Source: Eledone cirrhosa
Lineage: Eukaryota
Direction of reading: 5' to 3'
NCBI GenBank assembly: GCA_964016885.1
Contig: OZ024740.1
Span: forward strand, 395,932,001-395,996,000
Length of the DNA: 64,000 nucleotides
Of the stretch, positions 27,030 to 40,583 are shown in pieces. Numbering within the stretch: position 1 is the first letter of the stretch; each line of letters starts with the position of its first letter. The position numbers and the translations under genes were made by a program. The notes beneath the pieces are model-generated. The model had not been told where the DNA came from. It made no database searches and saw only the letters and a list, made by a program, of their open reading frames with translations.

Positions 27030-29070
27030 ATGAGAGGAAGCTAGACATTAAGTTTAGTAGCACATAGAGACGCAGAAAGCAAGAGGTTTGCTAATGTGCC
27101 GTGTTATGCGGTATTCAACATTGTGAAGCAATGTGTCAATGTGAATCAGGAAGTTGTGGAGTAGTGTGCTCAAAATTACTTCTGCAAAGTTTGCCTCACT
27201 GATACTCAGAAGAAAAAAGCCTAGAAATGATACTATGTATGGGAGAAGGAGTGGAAGGAAGAAAGAAAACTCTCAGTAGACCCAATAGAGGGGCCAGCTA
27301 TTGAAATAGATAGTTATAGGGACAAAGAAGGACTCAGGGAGATGAAAAATAGAAAAGCTCCTGAATCATCAGAGATGATCAGACATGCTAAAATCATCTG
27401 GGGAAATTGGAGTCAAGCTAGCTACCTGGAGACTAGCATAGCAGTACACTCATTAATTGTTACAAAGGAAATGGAAGCACATGGCTTCGAAAGGTTGTGA
27501 GTTCAATTCTCAGACCAGGTGATGTGTTGTTTCCTTGAGCAAGACACTTTATTTCACATTGCTCCAGTTTACTCAGCTGTACAAATGAGATGATAGGGAC
27601 TGGGGTCTATATCATTCTACTGCAAAGTGGTCGTGTAGGTGCCACGGCAAAAAAGCACCCAGCACTCACTGTAAATGAGGTTCGTGTTAGGAAGGGCATC
27701 CAGCTGTAGAAATCAAGCCAGAATCAGTTCCCGTCCCACTCTTGCAAGCAGGGAAAAAGCGGACGTAAAATGAAATGATGATGAATGATGAAATGCTCTA
27801 AAAAGGAGCAACTACAGAGGCATAAAACTGAAGGATCAAGTTATGAAAGTGATGGAAAGAGCTAGTACAACTAATTAGGGAGTCAAATTAGACGAAATGT
27901 AGTTTAGTTTTGTGGCAGCAAGAAGCACCTCAGTTGCACTCTTCTTAATGAGACAACTAGATATAGAAAAGGTCTTTGATAGAGTACCATGATCTATTAT
28001 CTTGTGGTCCCGAGGGAAGCTGGGATGAGTGGTTTGTGAGAACAGTGCAAACCATGTACAGAGATGCTGAAAGTAAATTGATAGGTTATGAGTTTATTGC
28101 GGAATACAATGTACAAGTAGGTGTTAATCAATGCAAAATCATCAGCCCCTCCTGTTTACTATAGTTCTCCAGGCCGTAACAGAGGAGTTCATGGGAACTT
28201 TTGTATGTTGATGACCTGGCTCTTATAACTGAATCTGTGAAAGAGCTCAAGAAAAAATATCTGTTGTTTAAAAAGAACTTGAAATCAGGACTCAGAATAA
28301 ACCTAGCAAAAACCAAAGTTTGGTAAGTAGAAAAGAGTACAGTAGCCATGCTTGATATTTAGAACGGGAGTAGGTAGAAACTCTATACAATATATGGTAT
28401 GGGTACACAAGATTTGTAGCAGGATGTGGCAAATGCACAAGAATAGTGGTTAGTAAGAGCAGCAATGAAATAAACCTTTTCCAATCTCAAGAAGGTACCA
28501 TAGTAGTAGCTGATATTTTGTTACAAAGATGATCTAATTATCAGTGGAAGAGGTCGATTCAAAAGCATAGTTGCCAGGATAAAAACAAGCTGGAAGTTTA
28601 GGGAGCTGCTACCTCAGCTGACAACAAAGGAATTTTTTATACAATAGAAGGGTAGATTGTATGATGCCCACTTGAGAAGTGTAAGGTTGAATGGCAGCAA
28701 GACATGGATGATAAATGCAGAGGATATATGAAGGGTGGAGAGAAATGAAGCGAGCATGCTCTTTTTGATGTGTATGAATGAACTGAGAGAAAAACTGGGC
28801 ATATGAGAAATCAGATGTAGTGTGCAAGAGAGATGTCACTGGTATGGAAATGTCTTGCATATATATGATGGTCGCTAGGTGAAGAAGTTCCAGGAGATGC
28901 CAGTAGAAGGAAGCTGCAGTAGAGAAAGACCAAGAAAAATTTGGGCAGAGAGGACTTCACAGGGGAGTTGACAAAGGAACGTTATGAGCTGTGGAAGGCT
29001 GTGCAAAAAAGGACCTGTTCAACTCATCCAATCATAGAGACGCAAACGTAAAATGGTGATGATGATGATA
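27030..29070 (+). mobile_element. Decayed copy of the same RTE family, interrupted by a SINE at about 27473-27790
   Basis: Collinear remnants (DPIEGPA, NYRGIKL, ELLYVDDL, INLAKTK, ERNEASML) and a (GAT)n tail, with many stops and frameshifts. Confidence 0.85.
27473..27790 (+). mobile_element. SINE family B copy nested in an RTE LINE
   Basis: Same body and tail as 31305-31688, with a short deletion in the head. LINE sequence (YKG.../ALKRSNYRG) continues on both sides. Confidence 0.88.
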
Positions 29071-31304
29071 AAGAAACCAAAATTTTTTTTTTTCATTGTC
29101 CAACTTTATATCATAAGTTTTGGGTGCTGATTGCACCAAGACTACTGTCCAAATTATGATAATGGTTGGCAACTTGATTTTATATCTGCAGAGGAAGTTG
29201 CTCCTGCTGTGGCTATTTTGTGGTTTTGTCTGCATGCATCATTCAAGAGTGATCTTCGCAGTGTGTTTAAGTATTACGTTTTGCTGTGTAAACAATGGCT
29301 ATGATATGTCTTTCTGACTAGGTAGTTTCGATAATGAGCATTCAGTTATTCATACAACTGGATTCCTACTGGTGAAATTAACGTGTAAACAAAGTTGAGT
29401 ATTCCACAAACATTTAAACCTGTAAAGAAATTCTCACACTAAATCAACGTAACACTGACATCGTTGGGCACCACCTCTCTCTCTAGTATTGGAAAGGTTT
29501 TCTGACTCCAAAAGAACGGCAGGTAAAGTTAACATGGGCCTGGTTTAAACCCAGGGAACTGAAACGAATACCGCAAGGCATTCTATTTGATGCATTAACG
29601 GCTAGGCCAATTCGTCGCCTTGCTATGTAATAAGTGTTATTTTTATAGTTAATCAGGATTTCGGGCAGAGAAAAATGTTAAAACTGGTCTAGTTCATAAC
29701 AAATCTTATGTACAGTTGTTTTTTTTTAAAGTATTTAATGTTGTTCGTTGTTTAAAGTTTCGGTGTAAACTGAGAAAAACTGGGTATATGAGGAATCAGA
29801 TGTAGTGTGCAAGATAGATTTCGTTGGTATGGAAATGTCTTGCATATGGATGATGGTCTTTGGGTGAAGAAGTGACCAGAGATGCTATGACACGTTCTCC
29901 GCCTCCAACTTAAGTCGCTTCGGCCACAAATCCCGGTACCGCAGCCCGCAATGCAGAGGACAAGCAAATACTGGGGCTTGTCCGGTCACTTCCTCTTTGC
30001 ATAGAGTTGGATACCGTACAGCAAAGCTCCTCCGTAAAATCGGAACGACAGCAGCCCGTGTGAGGAAGGTGGTTGTTGCAGCAAGTGTCGCTGGCCATTG
30101 TCCACAGGGCGCTGCCAAAACACCACTCCGACCCAGATGTAGAGTCTATCACACTCTCCTCTTGTCAATTTCTTTCTTCCGTTGCCTAATAGTCCTTGCT
30201 CTTTCTCTCATTTATGGCATTTATAATCCTTTCCTATACAACCAAATTTGCCCCCCCCCCCTTTTTTTTTCATTACTTAATTTTGTCTTTATCCATTTTT
30301 CTTTAATATTTCCATCATTGTATAACTTTTATGCAATAAATACAAGGATTTATAATTTTTCTTAAAAGTGAACTGTGTATATAGCTTTGTTCCGATGAAA
30401 TAAACACTGGTAATATATAAGTAAAGTCGAATGTATGCCTACTCCAAAGAAAGCAGAAAATTCTAGAAACAAGAGAGACAGAGAAAACGGCATTTTGCCA
30501 CGCCTCAAGTCAGGCATTAGTAAGTGTATACGAGTGTACAAACCTAAAATTAAAAGAGCAACGACAATAGCAAATTACTAGGTTTACGATATGTCGAGGG
30601 CTAACAGAATTGATACATTGTTCAGAAAACAGTCGACAATGGGAGAGAAAACAAATAAATAACACTGAAAAGAGCTTTATTTTGGAAGTTTACAACAAAA
30701 ACTATTTGAATTCAGATAGTAGCTAAATACAACTCAAACTATTTGAAGGAATTCGGTCGGAAAAGTCCAGTCTTTGGTTAAATGCCAAATTATAATATAT
30801 TACATTTTTATCGAACTATAACAGATGAATAGTGAAGTCCGACTACAGATCACATGTTCGCGGCAAACAGAAATCCCATGTAACTAGCAAAATATATGAA
30901 ATAGGGGTAGGGAGATTAGCAACAGCTGGTAACAGAAAGGAAACAAAATATATAAAGTTTTATTTCTCGGAAATTGAACAGGCTTTTAAATGAATACTAA
31001 TTTTTCTGAGAATACAAAATACAGTTAACACAATCAGTTCAGTACTCTAACTCATCTTAACGCTCCTTGGGGGGATTAGAAAGAACAATTGACAAGAGCG
31101 AAGTTTTGTATTCAAAACACAGCTTTCATAGTGTCATTGTTCACTTAAGTACCAAAAATAAGGAGTTAATTTTTACTTGATAAACAGCTATCAACGGAAT
31201 ATATTGGCAGGACATTGTTAATTTTTTACATCTTTTTAAATATATTTGGTACATTTTATTTGTAAATGAAAAGTTTTTGAATTTGTAATTCTAATAAAAA
31301 TCAT

Positions 31305-31688
31305 GAAGGCGTATGGCTTAGTGGTTAGAGCATTGAGCTTGCAATCGAAAGGTTGTGAGTTCAATTCTCGGACCGGGTGAGGTGTTGTTTCGTCGAGCAA
31401 GACACTTTATTTCATTGTTCTAGTTTACTCAGCTGTAGAAATGAGATGATAGGACTGGGGTCCCTATCATTCCACTGCAAAGTGCACCTGTAGGTGCCAC
31501 GGAAAAAAAGCACCCAGCACTCACTGTAAATGAGGTTGGTGTTAGGAAGGGCATCAAGCTGTAGAAATCAGGCCAGAATCAGTTCCCGTATGAGCAAAAC
31601 AAGGACAGCCGACCGGACACTGCCCACAACAGGACAACCCATCTAACCCATGCTAGCGTGGAAGAACGGACGTAAAACGATGATGATG
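31305..31688 (+). mobile_element. tRNA-derived SINE family B, full-length reference copy (tRNA head, CORE-like body, RTE-derived tail)
   Basis: A box tggcttagtgg, B box gagttcaattc, body gagcaagacacttta. The tail gttggtgttaggaagggcatc...ggacgtaaaacgatgatgat is shared with the LINE at 5405-5578. Confidence 0.9.
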
Positions 31689-33089
31689 TTCTTGTTTTTT
31701 AGAAAGTTCTTAGGAATAAAAACCAAAGTTAAAGGAAGTAAGGAAATAACACATTAAGAACTTCACAAGAAAAGTTCTTAAATGAAATAAGACTTTCTGG
31801 GATCATATGAACAGTTCAAATAACTAGAACAAAATAGGAGTGGCATGAAATTAAATTTTACTAATGATACAACGAAAAGGGAAAATCCTACAAACTGCCA
31901 TCATACTAAGAAAGTAATCTCTATTTACCACAGAGTACACATTTTTATTTTTTTAGATAGCGCAATAGTTTTGATTATATTTCCAAAAAAAATTACTATA
32001 AGCGATTTATAAAATCATTCTGAATTAACTGTAGTCATTTCCTCGTTTCAACCTACCTTACAGTCAATATAGAAAGTAAAAAGATAAATGGTTTCTTAAA
32101 CGGATATCCTCTCTTTATTTGCTAATATTAGAAATACAAATTATTAATGTCTCCATCCACCCAGCAAAAATACAATACATGCATTTATTGCCGATAATAA
32201 AATGTTTTAATGACAGGAATGGAAACATAATGACATAATTATATACTATCATTTGTAGCTGATGCAATGTCTACTGAACTAATGACTAAGCGCACTCCCT
32301 CCCATTCTAAATTTGACCACGTCGTTGAATGTTGTCGCAGTTGCAAAAATTAGTCGCAATATATACATAAATATATTTAACAAAATAAATACGTTAATAG
32401 ATGTATTTCGGTGTAAATTTTCTCGATAAATTACCAATAGCTCCATATGGAGTTAGTATTAAAATAGGGCAACGTGAAAAAACACATGGCACGTGTTAAG
32501 CGGTAGCATCGATCATAAAAAGAAAGCAAATCACAGTTTTCAGGGAACTACAGTAAATGTTTCTGTCTAGTAGATTATCGAAGTAGAATTATAACAATTT
32601 TAAATTTGTTAACTACTCAATTTTCTCTATAATCAATCACATGTCAAAAGCGAAGTCTTGTAAAACCATGTTAAGTTACAACACATCCTCGGCTTGTGGC
32701 TTGTTCGTGTGGGCAGCAATCTTCGAGAAACAAGCCAATCTATCTATGACAGCCAGTATCGATCATAAAATATCGACGAGGTATTGACCAGGAAAAAAAA
32801 TAACTATAAACAATATTGTAGGACTATTACATATCAATATATCATACAGCAACCACTTTCATATATATAAAAAAAACTATTCATGTGATAAAACACATCT
32901 AGAAATATTACGAGGACGTATTCTCTACATGTAGAGGAATCTTTCCGAAAGAACATAGCATTAAAATCTTATCGACTCTGAATTACTACAAAATTTCAGT
33001 AATTATTTTTTCTTAAGTGCGATTAATGTCCAAATTCATCGTAACAATATGATGACAGATGATAGTTCATTAGAAAATTCTGCAACTAG

Positions 33090-33214
33090 AACTAGTACTG
33101 CAATAGTTGTAAATAACTAGTACAGCAATAGTTGTAAAGAACTAATACAGCAATAGTTGTAAAGAACTAATACAGCAATAGTTGTAAAGAACTAATACAG
33201 CAATAGTTGTAAAG
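33090..33214 (+). repeat. 5 x 25-bp tandem repeat (AACTAATACAGCAATAGTTGTAAAG)
   Basis: Directly visible, about 280 bp inside GABARAPL2 intron 1 from the donor site. Confidence 0.95.
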
Positions 33215-33493
33215 AAACTAAATTGTCAGGCCATGTTTTAGACAAGAAAAAGTAAGAAACATGAAAACATATCAGTCTCTCGATGAAATAACTCGAATTA
33301 TTCTCCCTTTTTGTCTACTTTAATAGTAGAATTATACCGATTAAATGTAAAAGAGATAAAAATGTTCCCAAAGATAAAAAACGGATGATATAGATGTATT
33401 TTTCGACATAACACATTTCGGCGTACATGCCAGAACATCAACTTCCACACACGCTATAGAAAAGACAAGTAAAATAGATAAAATAAAATATAC

Positions 33494-33527
33494 CTAAAGT
33501 GTTCTCCTCTTTATATTTAAACTTCAT
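33494..33527 (-). CDS. GABARAPL2: ATG8-family (GABARAPL2/GATE-16-like) coding exon 1
   Basis: Minus strand reads ATGAAGTTTAAATATAAAGAGGAGAACACTTTAG|gtat = MKFKYKEENTL plus a phase-1 G. The exon is 34 nt and joins exon 2 in frame (G|CG = Ala). It resembles the GABARAPL2 N-terminus MKWMFKEDHSL. Confidence 0.88.
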
Positions 33528-34479
33528 GTCTGTTAAATTTCTGAAGTTTTAATTCGTTTTCTTCTTTTTTTAAATTCCGTTTGGGATAGGTAAGGTGTTT
33601 GACCAAGATTTCTAACACAACTAAACAAAAATGCCTATTTCAACGTTCACTGATAAAATATGAGGCACGAAATTGGTTTACGTATTGAATTATAAACACC
33701 AGTGGCTATTGTCTGTTTGGTGGACATAAACGCCTATAGTGTTCTTGTTTAAATATTAGTGACATTGGGTTTTCTGATTCGTCACTGTTCTTTCTATCTA
33801 TCTAAATATATCTATCACTTTCTCATTCCTTACACTCACTATACTTTACTTCAACTCCTCCTACTACTACGGTACATCTCAACATAGTTCGCTGTTTCAC
33901 TTTTATTCTCTCTCTCTCTACTTCAATCATTTCTTTTCTTTTCGCCTTATATTTATTACCTTTTCTCCACTTATTTCACAACCAGATGTTCTCTTTATTT
34001 TCTCATGCTTTCTTTTTCTCCTCGTCCTACTTTATTATTTCTTCTCTATTTCGACCTATATCTTTCACTCTTTTCCTTTTTCCCCTTCAAGTAATATGTT
34101 TCTTTTTACTCTCTCTCTCTCTTCTCCATTCTATTATATTGTTCTCTCACTGTCTCTCTCTTTCCACTGTTTGTAGTCGTTGCTTTATTTACACTCCTCC
34201 TACTATCACGTCACTTATCACTCCTTTCATTGTCCCGCCAAATTCCATTTTATCTCTGACTCAACTCACGCTATCTTGTCGAAACACCTGGTGATTTCGT
34301 CTTGTGAAGTGCGTAATAAATTCAAAACATCACCTGTGATTGTTTTGAAATATTTTATAAATAGTATTATATTGGTATTGTCTTTCGTAAAAATCTCGAC
34401 CAGCTGGAAATGATAGCCAAATCGGCCTCAAATCATTAAACCATCTTAAAAAAAGGGAAAGACATAACTGCATATGAGA

Positions 34480-37240
34480 AAACATACGGTATGGTCACGA
34501 CTAAAGTACGATGCTTCCTTTGCTTCTCCACACGTGTCCAAACTGAATCTCCCTGCGCGGATGTTACCGATCTCGTGCACGCCTGGAACAGGGTCGATAG
34601 ACTGACATCTGTTGCAACTATCAACCACTTTCTGGACACTGGTAACGTCGGAGTCAACTTTCCTGGCGAGGAACAAGATCGTATCCACTCCCATATGATA
34701 CATAGTATGCAACCGCCTCAACTCCCAGTCACCCAGCCAATACACTACAGCTATCTCTTTTTCCGCATCCTCTGGCACTTTCAGCCAGGCTTTCTTCACC
34801 CTAGAGCACAAAGATCACACTCAGCAGGCAGCTCTCCCAGGCAGCACTTTATTAGCATTTCTGCCACACCTCGTTCGCACTGATCTCACCCATCCGAGTA
34901 CAGTGGCCAAATATGTAATAATCTCTATGGTGTGCAGCCCCCATCTCAGGGCGAGATTCACTCCCTTCAGCATGACATCCAATTCAGCCACTTTGATGTG
35001 GTTGCAATCCTCCTTCCCGAGCAAGGCTGTGCCCTTGATCTTGACACCCCGTTTCCAGTGTGACCCCTAGCACTATGCTGCTAGCATCACACTATATGGT
35101 CTCTTTCTCCAATTTGGGTACATATCAGCTTCCTCTTATTGGGTCCTCTGCCTGTACCCTCTCCATGATCTCTCACATCATGGGAACCATCCTCTGTCTC
35201 CCCAGTTTCTCGTCTCTTGACATAGCTGCATGCTGTTCAGAGCCACCCAACGATTGGATACTCGCCCACCAATTTCCCACACATTGAGAAAAGTTCTCAT
35301 CTGTCCATGCCAGTGCCCAGTTCTGAGACTTCATTTCCCCTCCAAAATACCAATGTGCCCATTTTGTCTCTTTGCAGCCTGAGTCCCAGTGCTATTCCTC
35401 CTTCCATTGCCTCTAGTGGTTTCACAATTAACCCGAACCTTCTTGAGTGGCTTGAGACTTCTGCTGCTGACACCATGGTCTCATCTATCAAGATATCATC
35501 GATGAAGGATTTGGTGACCTTCTTCACCTTCCTGAAAATGGCCTTGAGAACTGTCGATCAGATCTTTGGTGCCAAATTCAACCTGAACCCCAGCCTGGTT
35601 AGGCTGTGTATACCTTACCAGCTGGTACGTCCACAGTTTCTCAGCTACATGTAGCTGCAGATATATCGAATTTAAGTCAACATGAGTCTCCACTCTCACA
35701 AGGTTTCCCCTCAGACATCAGTGACTTTGCTGCCTGTGTGGCATGACACGTGTTGATTCAGTTCACAAAAGTCCAGCACCAGCCTGACCTTGTTCTTCAT
35801 TGGCTGCACTACTGCCATTACTAGCAACACTCTGCTCTTTATCTCCTCCTTCCAAGGGATTAATATGCCCTCCTCAATTCCTCTTTGCACCTCTCCCTCA
35901 AACTCGCTTCTAGCATCTCCTCTCAGGGCATGGTGAAAGCAGCTCACTCTGTTCTTCAATGTCAGCAGCTCTCCTTTTCAGTACCACTCAAAGATCCACC
36001 ACTGACCGTTAAACACAGCCCTAAAATCCTTGACTTCTCTGGTATGAACAGCACATTTTTTCTTCGTGGATCTCCGTTCCACAATCACAGCACATGGTGT
36101 TCCTGTGTTATCAAATGTTATCCCATCCTCACTCACTGTAATGCCTCCTAAGCAGCCAATTGCATCAATGCCCATTAACACATCAATTCCCTCCACTACA
36201 TGGTCTATCACGATTGCCTGTAGCCTTATTTTTATTCCTTGTACTGCCATCTCCACTTCACTGCTACCTCTGTATCTAATCTCCTGCCATCAACAGCCAT
36301 TACACTACTCATCTTGCTCCACTTTTTAATCACCTCTGGGGTCACTAATGTCATTGTGACCACAAGGCCTCATGACAGCTTCCCTGTTACCAGAATCTCC
36401 TTTATGGGCAGCGACTGCAAGAGCGCTCCTACTCGCTTCCAGTGCAGTAACTCTCCTTTGACTTGTTTCCCTGGTCGCAATTGTTGGTGATGTGACCTGC
36501 CTGCTTACATCAATAGCAAATTATTTCAGGCTTTGACTCCTTGCAGTCCCTTACCATGTGTGGACTTTAACACCTGAAGCATTGGCCTTTGAGCTTTCAT
36601 TGCGGCTCTTCTCCCCTCGTTGTTCGTCGTTCGCTGTCAACTGCTAACACTGCAAAATTCTGCTCAATGCCTCATGTCACTATGCAGGTCTGTGTGATTG
36701 GCTTGCAACTATTGGAGCCTCACTGAAATTTCTCCAGGGATACCATTCACGAATGCCATCTGCATGGCCCTTTTCTGTGAATTGGGCCAGTGTAGCCAGC
36801 CTCCAGACTTCCGTTGCAAATACATCCACCTGTTCTCCCGTACATCTCACTTTGCCTAGCTTGGTGGAAACAGCATAAGATCCCTCATTGAACACTTCCT
36901 TAAGGTATAGCTCTATCTTTTCCACATTCTATTGGTCTGCCTGGTCCATTTCGAGGCATAATGCAAATGCATCATCAAGATAAAGTGCCATGAGGCCACC
37001 CACATTTTCGATGCCTTGCACTGTGGCAACCAATTTTATCTTTCTAATCCAAGCAATAACATCCCCCTCGTCACTGATGGCTTTGACTGCATCACTACCT
37101 GTTCTTTTTTTCGTTTGCAAGGTTGGAGAAAGTAAATAATAAAAAAAAAACCACTGCCAAAATTGCTTGTCATAAGAAGGGAAGAAACCAACCTTTACAA
37201 CTCCACATGTGTCCAGACTGAATTTTTCAGCACGATTTTC
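34480..37240 (-). mobile_element. Decayed Gypsy-type LTR retrotransposon (gag-protease-RT-RNaseH-integrase Zn finger; integrase core missing)
   Basis: Frameshifted minus-strand pieces in Gypsy order: GDVIAWIRKIKLVA (gag), DVLMGIDAI (protease), KNKVRLVLDFCELN and SFIDDILI (RT), HIKVAELD (RNaseH), LHTMYHMG...CNRC (HHCC). A short direct repeat, ctccacaYgtgtccaRactgaat, at about 34516 and 37201 may be an LTR remnant. Confidence 0.85.
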
Positions 37241-37274
37241 ACCTGTTTTATGTCTGGCCAAAGAATCACACATT

Positions 37275-38135
37275 CATTCATAGCAGCCATAAAAATGCAC
37301 ATTTGCAATCAGTACAGACAAAGACAGTCCGAAAGACCACGGCATGTTAATCAACAGCAAGTTGCTCACCCACCTCCAGTTCGCAGATGACATTATGCTC
37401 ATTGCAGAAAGTACCAGGCAGCTACTGACCATGTTGGACAAGCTGAAGACCAGAGGTCTAGCAGTTGGCCTGAGGGTCAATCATGCGGAAACAAAGTACA
37501 TGCGGTCCGAAGGCATGGCACCCAGTCAAGTTGTGGTTGGAGGCAATGAAATCGAGGAAGTCGAAAGTTATGTGTATCTCGGTCAAGTTATAACCATGGG
37601 ATGTGATAAGAGTGAGATTTTGCGGAGAATAAGGTCAGGCTGGAAAGCGTTCAACCCCGTGAAGAATGTACAGAAAGCGAAACTTGACAAAGCCACTCAT
37701 GCAAACCTCTTCAGCAGCAGAGTTCTATATACAGTGCGCTATGCAGGTGAAACGTGGATGATGATGAAGAGGAAGGTACAGCAATTATTATTGCTGCAAA
37801 GTGCCTTAGAAAGGTCAATGTCAGGAATCTCCTTGAGCGATCACATCTGAAAGGAGCAGATCATTAAAGGATGTTATTGCCAAGTACCATCTGAACAAAC
37901 TCAGACTGGCCGGATATGTAGCACAGTTCACTGATAATCGGTGGACCCATGCAATTAATGGGTGTTACTCACACGAGCAGAAACAACCACTCGAAAGGCC
38001 TCCACTCAGATGAATTGACGATATAAAGAAAATAATGGGACCGCAATGAAGGAAGGCAAGATCAAGAATAGAATGGATGAAATGCTGTGGCCAGTGGATT
38101 TAAGGCTACATCCAACTGTCCTTTCTGTCAAGGTG
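37275..38135 (+). mobile_element. Third RTE-type LINE 3' fragment
   Basis: LTHLQFADDIML, VESYVYLGQ and RRIRSGWKAF in ORF 37344-37850, then decayed LAGYVA...RWT...RPPLR. Confidence 0.85.
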
Positions 38136-38290
38136 ATCAACTTGAATTTAAGCCCCTATTTTATGTCTGAGAAATTGACAAAAATCCTAACTTCGTCTAT
38201 AAATCGAGGCAGCTAATCAACCTGTTTAGATATACTGGTTTTGAAATTCTCCTGAATTTCAGCTCCTTATTTAGACAGTAACATGTCAGA

Positions 38291-38370
38291 GGTCTCTTAG
38301 CTCAATAGTTAGAGCACCTAGCTGGTATCTGGGAGATATGGAACTTGATTCTTGGTAGCAGCTACTGGCA
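38291..38370 (+). pseudogene. Degenerate tRNA-like sequence (tRNA pseudogene or SINE head)
   Basis: A box tagctcaatagttagagc and an anticodon-like stem cctag/ctggg around ctggtat. The T arm and acceptor stem are degenerate, so it is not a functional tRNA. Confidence 0.4.
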
Positions 38371-40583
38371 ATATTTTTACATCTCTAGGGGTCTTTACCC
38401 GATTACTTTATAGCAACTGACTGTAATTGCAGTTATTTTCTGTACTTGAGCTTCCTACATCTTATAAATTTATTTCCTTGGCACTTAGTAAGTTTGAAAA
38501 TTCAAGCTTCACACACGTTTGTTTATATTTTATTAATGTTCCACATCTATTTCACGAGTAAGTGTTAAATCGTAACAATTTAGAAGGCCTGACTTCTCTG
38601 TACACAGCTTCGTCAGAGAAAGAAAGGCAACGCACACAACCCTTTTCAGATCCTCTCTGAGACTGATGAGGGAAATGGAGGAAAGCATCATCAGGCCGAA
38701 AACCTAACCCGAATACTTGCAATAAGTGTTAAATCCAACACTAAATTGAGTGTACCACCCAAGAAAACATTGAAGTCAATTAACTATTCTCTCTAGCTAG
38801 CTAGCTTTTCTGCGATAATGAGAAAGAAAAGCATCTCTATCTCATTTTCTGTCACTCTCTCACATATGCAATATAGTGAGTTGAAAAACTTCATCTAAGC
38901 AATTAGTTAATTAAAAAAACTCCCCTGGGATGAAGGTGGGGACATGTAAAAACGATAAGGGAGATAACTCCTATAAATGTTATTGATTAAAATTTTCATG
39001 ATATCGATAAACCTAGATGAGGGTGCTCTTTAAGTGAACTGGTGAAAGCAACAAACATGTTTTTGTTCAATTAGATCTCTGCCATATGACATATTTATCA
39101 TGACTAACGGTGATTAATATATATATAGAGAGAGAAATAGAGTTATGTGACACTGATTATGAATATAAAAAATATGACCAAGGGGAGTGTTCTGCCTTTT
39201 AAATACTAAACAGTAGGGTCTTGTACCAGTACTGCCCACTCGGCAGTTTTATGTTAGTGTTAGTATGTGTGTGAACACGTTTCATAATGTATCAATATAT
39301 ACAATGTATGAAAAGGGAAAACAATGATACAAACTCACAAACATATTTCATCTTGCAGTATTTTTTTTTTATTGACTCTTGGATACTCCATAGCCTCTAT
39401 TCTATGAACGTGCAGTGTAGCAAATAGCTTATAATAAAAGGCAAAATTTCTTTCGTGATGGGAATACGATATGAACTTGCAATGACAGTTGATATTTGCA
39501 GTTTATTTATTTTAATACTTAAGTACAATACCAGAAATCCATGCGAACAGATTCTCATCATCACCATTTAACATCTATTTTCCATGACTGCATGGGTTAG
39601 ATATGTTGTTGTGTGCTGAGGTGAGTCTGGTCATTTAGGCCTGTATTCTACAGCTGGATGCTATTCCTAACGCCAACCACTTTACTGTGTATACTGGGAG
39701 CATGGTTTCTACAGCTGAATACCCTTCCTAACACCAACCACTATGCACAGATATTCACATTTATCATTACAGTTATTGAACACTCATAGTTTTACCAACT
39801 GAGTAAAGTACGTTTCACTGAAAAGGTTTAATAAGATGTAAACATGTCAGCTTTAAAATGAGATTAATTTCAATCTGCATTGACCATATTGTACCAAAAT
39901 GTTGACCAGCTGATCTCAGAGTTATCTCCCTTGTTTGTTTATAGGTTTTAAACATTCTAGTTGTAGTTTTTGTCTATGAATTGCTTGGGCAATCTGAATT
40001 ATCAACGGACTATATTACACAAGCATGGCTTTACCATAAACGAGATACCTTTTTAAACTTGGAGATATACAAAGACAATTATTTGACTTGCAGTCGAAAA
40101 ATACATAATTTAGGAATGAAGATTATTGTACATACCTGCAACAACACATTAAAATGAATTTTATTACATGCAGTACTAGAGTACGTATTTTTCTTTGAAA
40201 TATGTGCTTTATACAATATATTGTGTATTCTCTTGGATATATGGTCATTTCTATCTCTCTATATATATTATATACAGAAAGAGTTAAGTGTGTCTGTGTG
40301 ACTAACTGTCGTACATAGCGTAAAGAGCTTTGTTGTGATAACCTGTCTTGCTAAAAATCACAGCCAAATAATACCTTAGCTTCTACAACACATACACAAA
40401 TTGAGTTGTATCTATGTATTACTCTTTCTGTCTCTGTGTATTCCTATCTATCGCCAAGTACAGAAAGCATTCTCCAAAGGAGAATCAACTGGATTTGTCT
40501 AGTAATGAAAATAAATAGAAGAAAAACACATTTGTATGAGTCAAAATCATATGAACAATTTTTAATCTAAAATGTGAAATGTC

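Noticed and set aside
33986-34294. Hydrophobic 102-aa ORF upstream of GABARAPL2
   Set aside because: Translation of a CT-rich low-complexity tract.
38291-38370. Functional tRNA gene
   Set aside because: The acceptor stem and T arm do not pair and the B box is degenerate.
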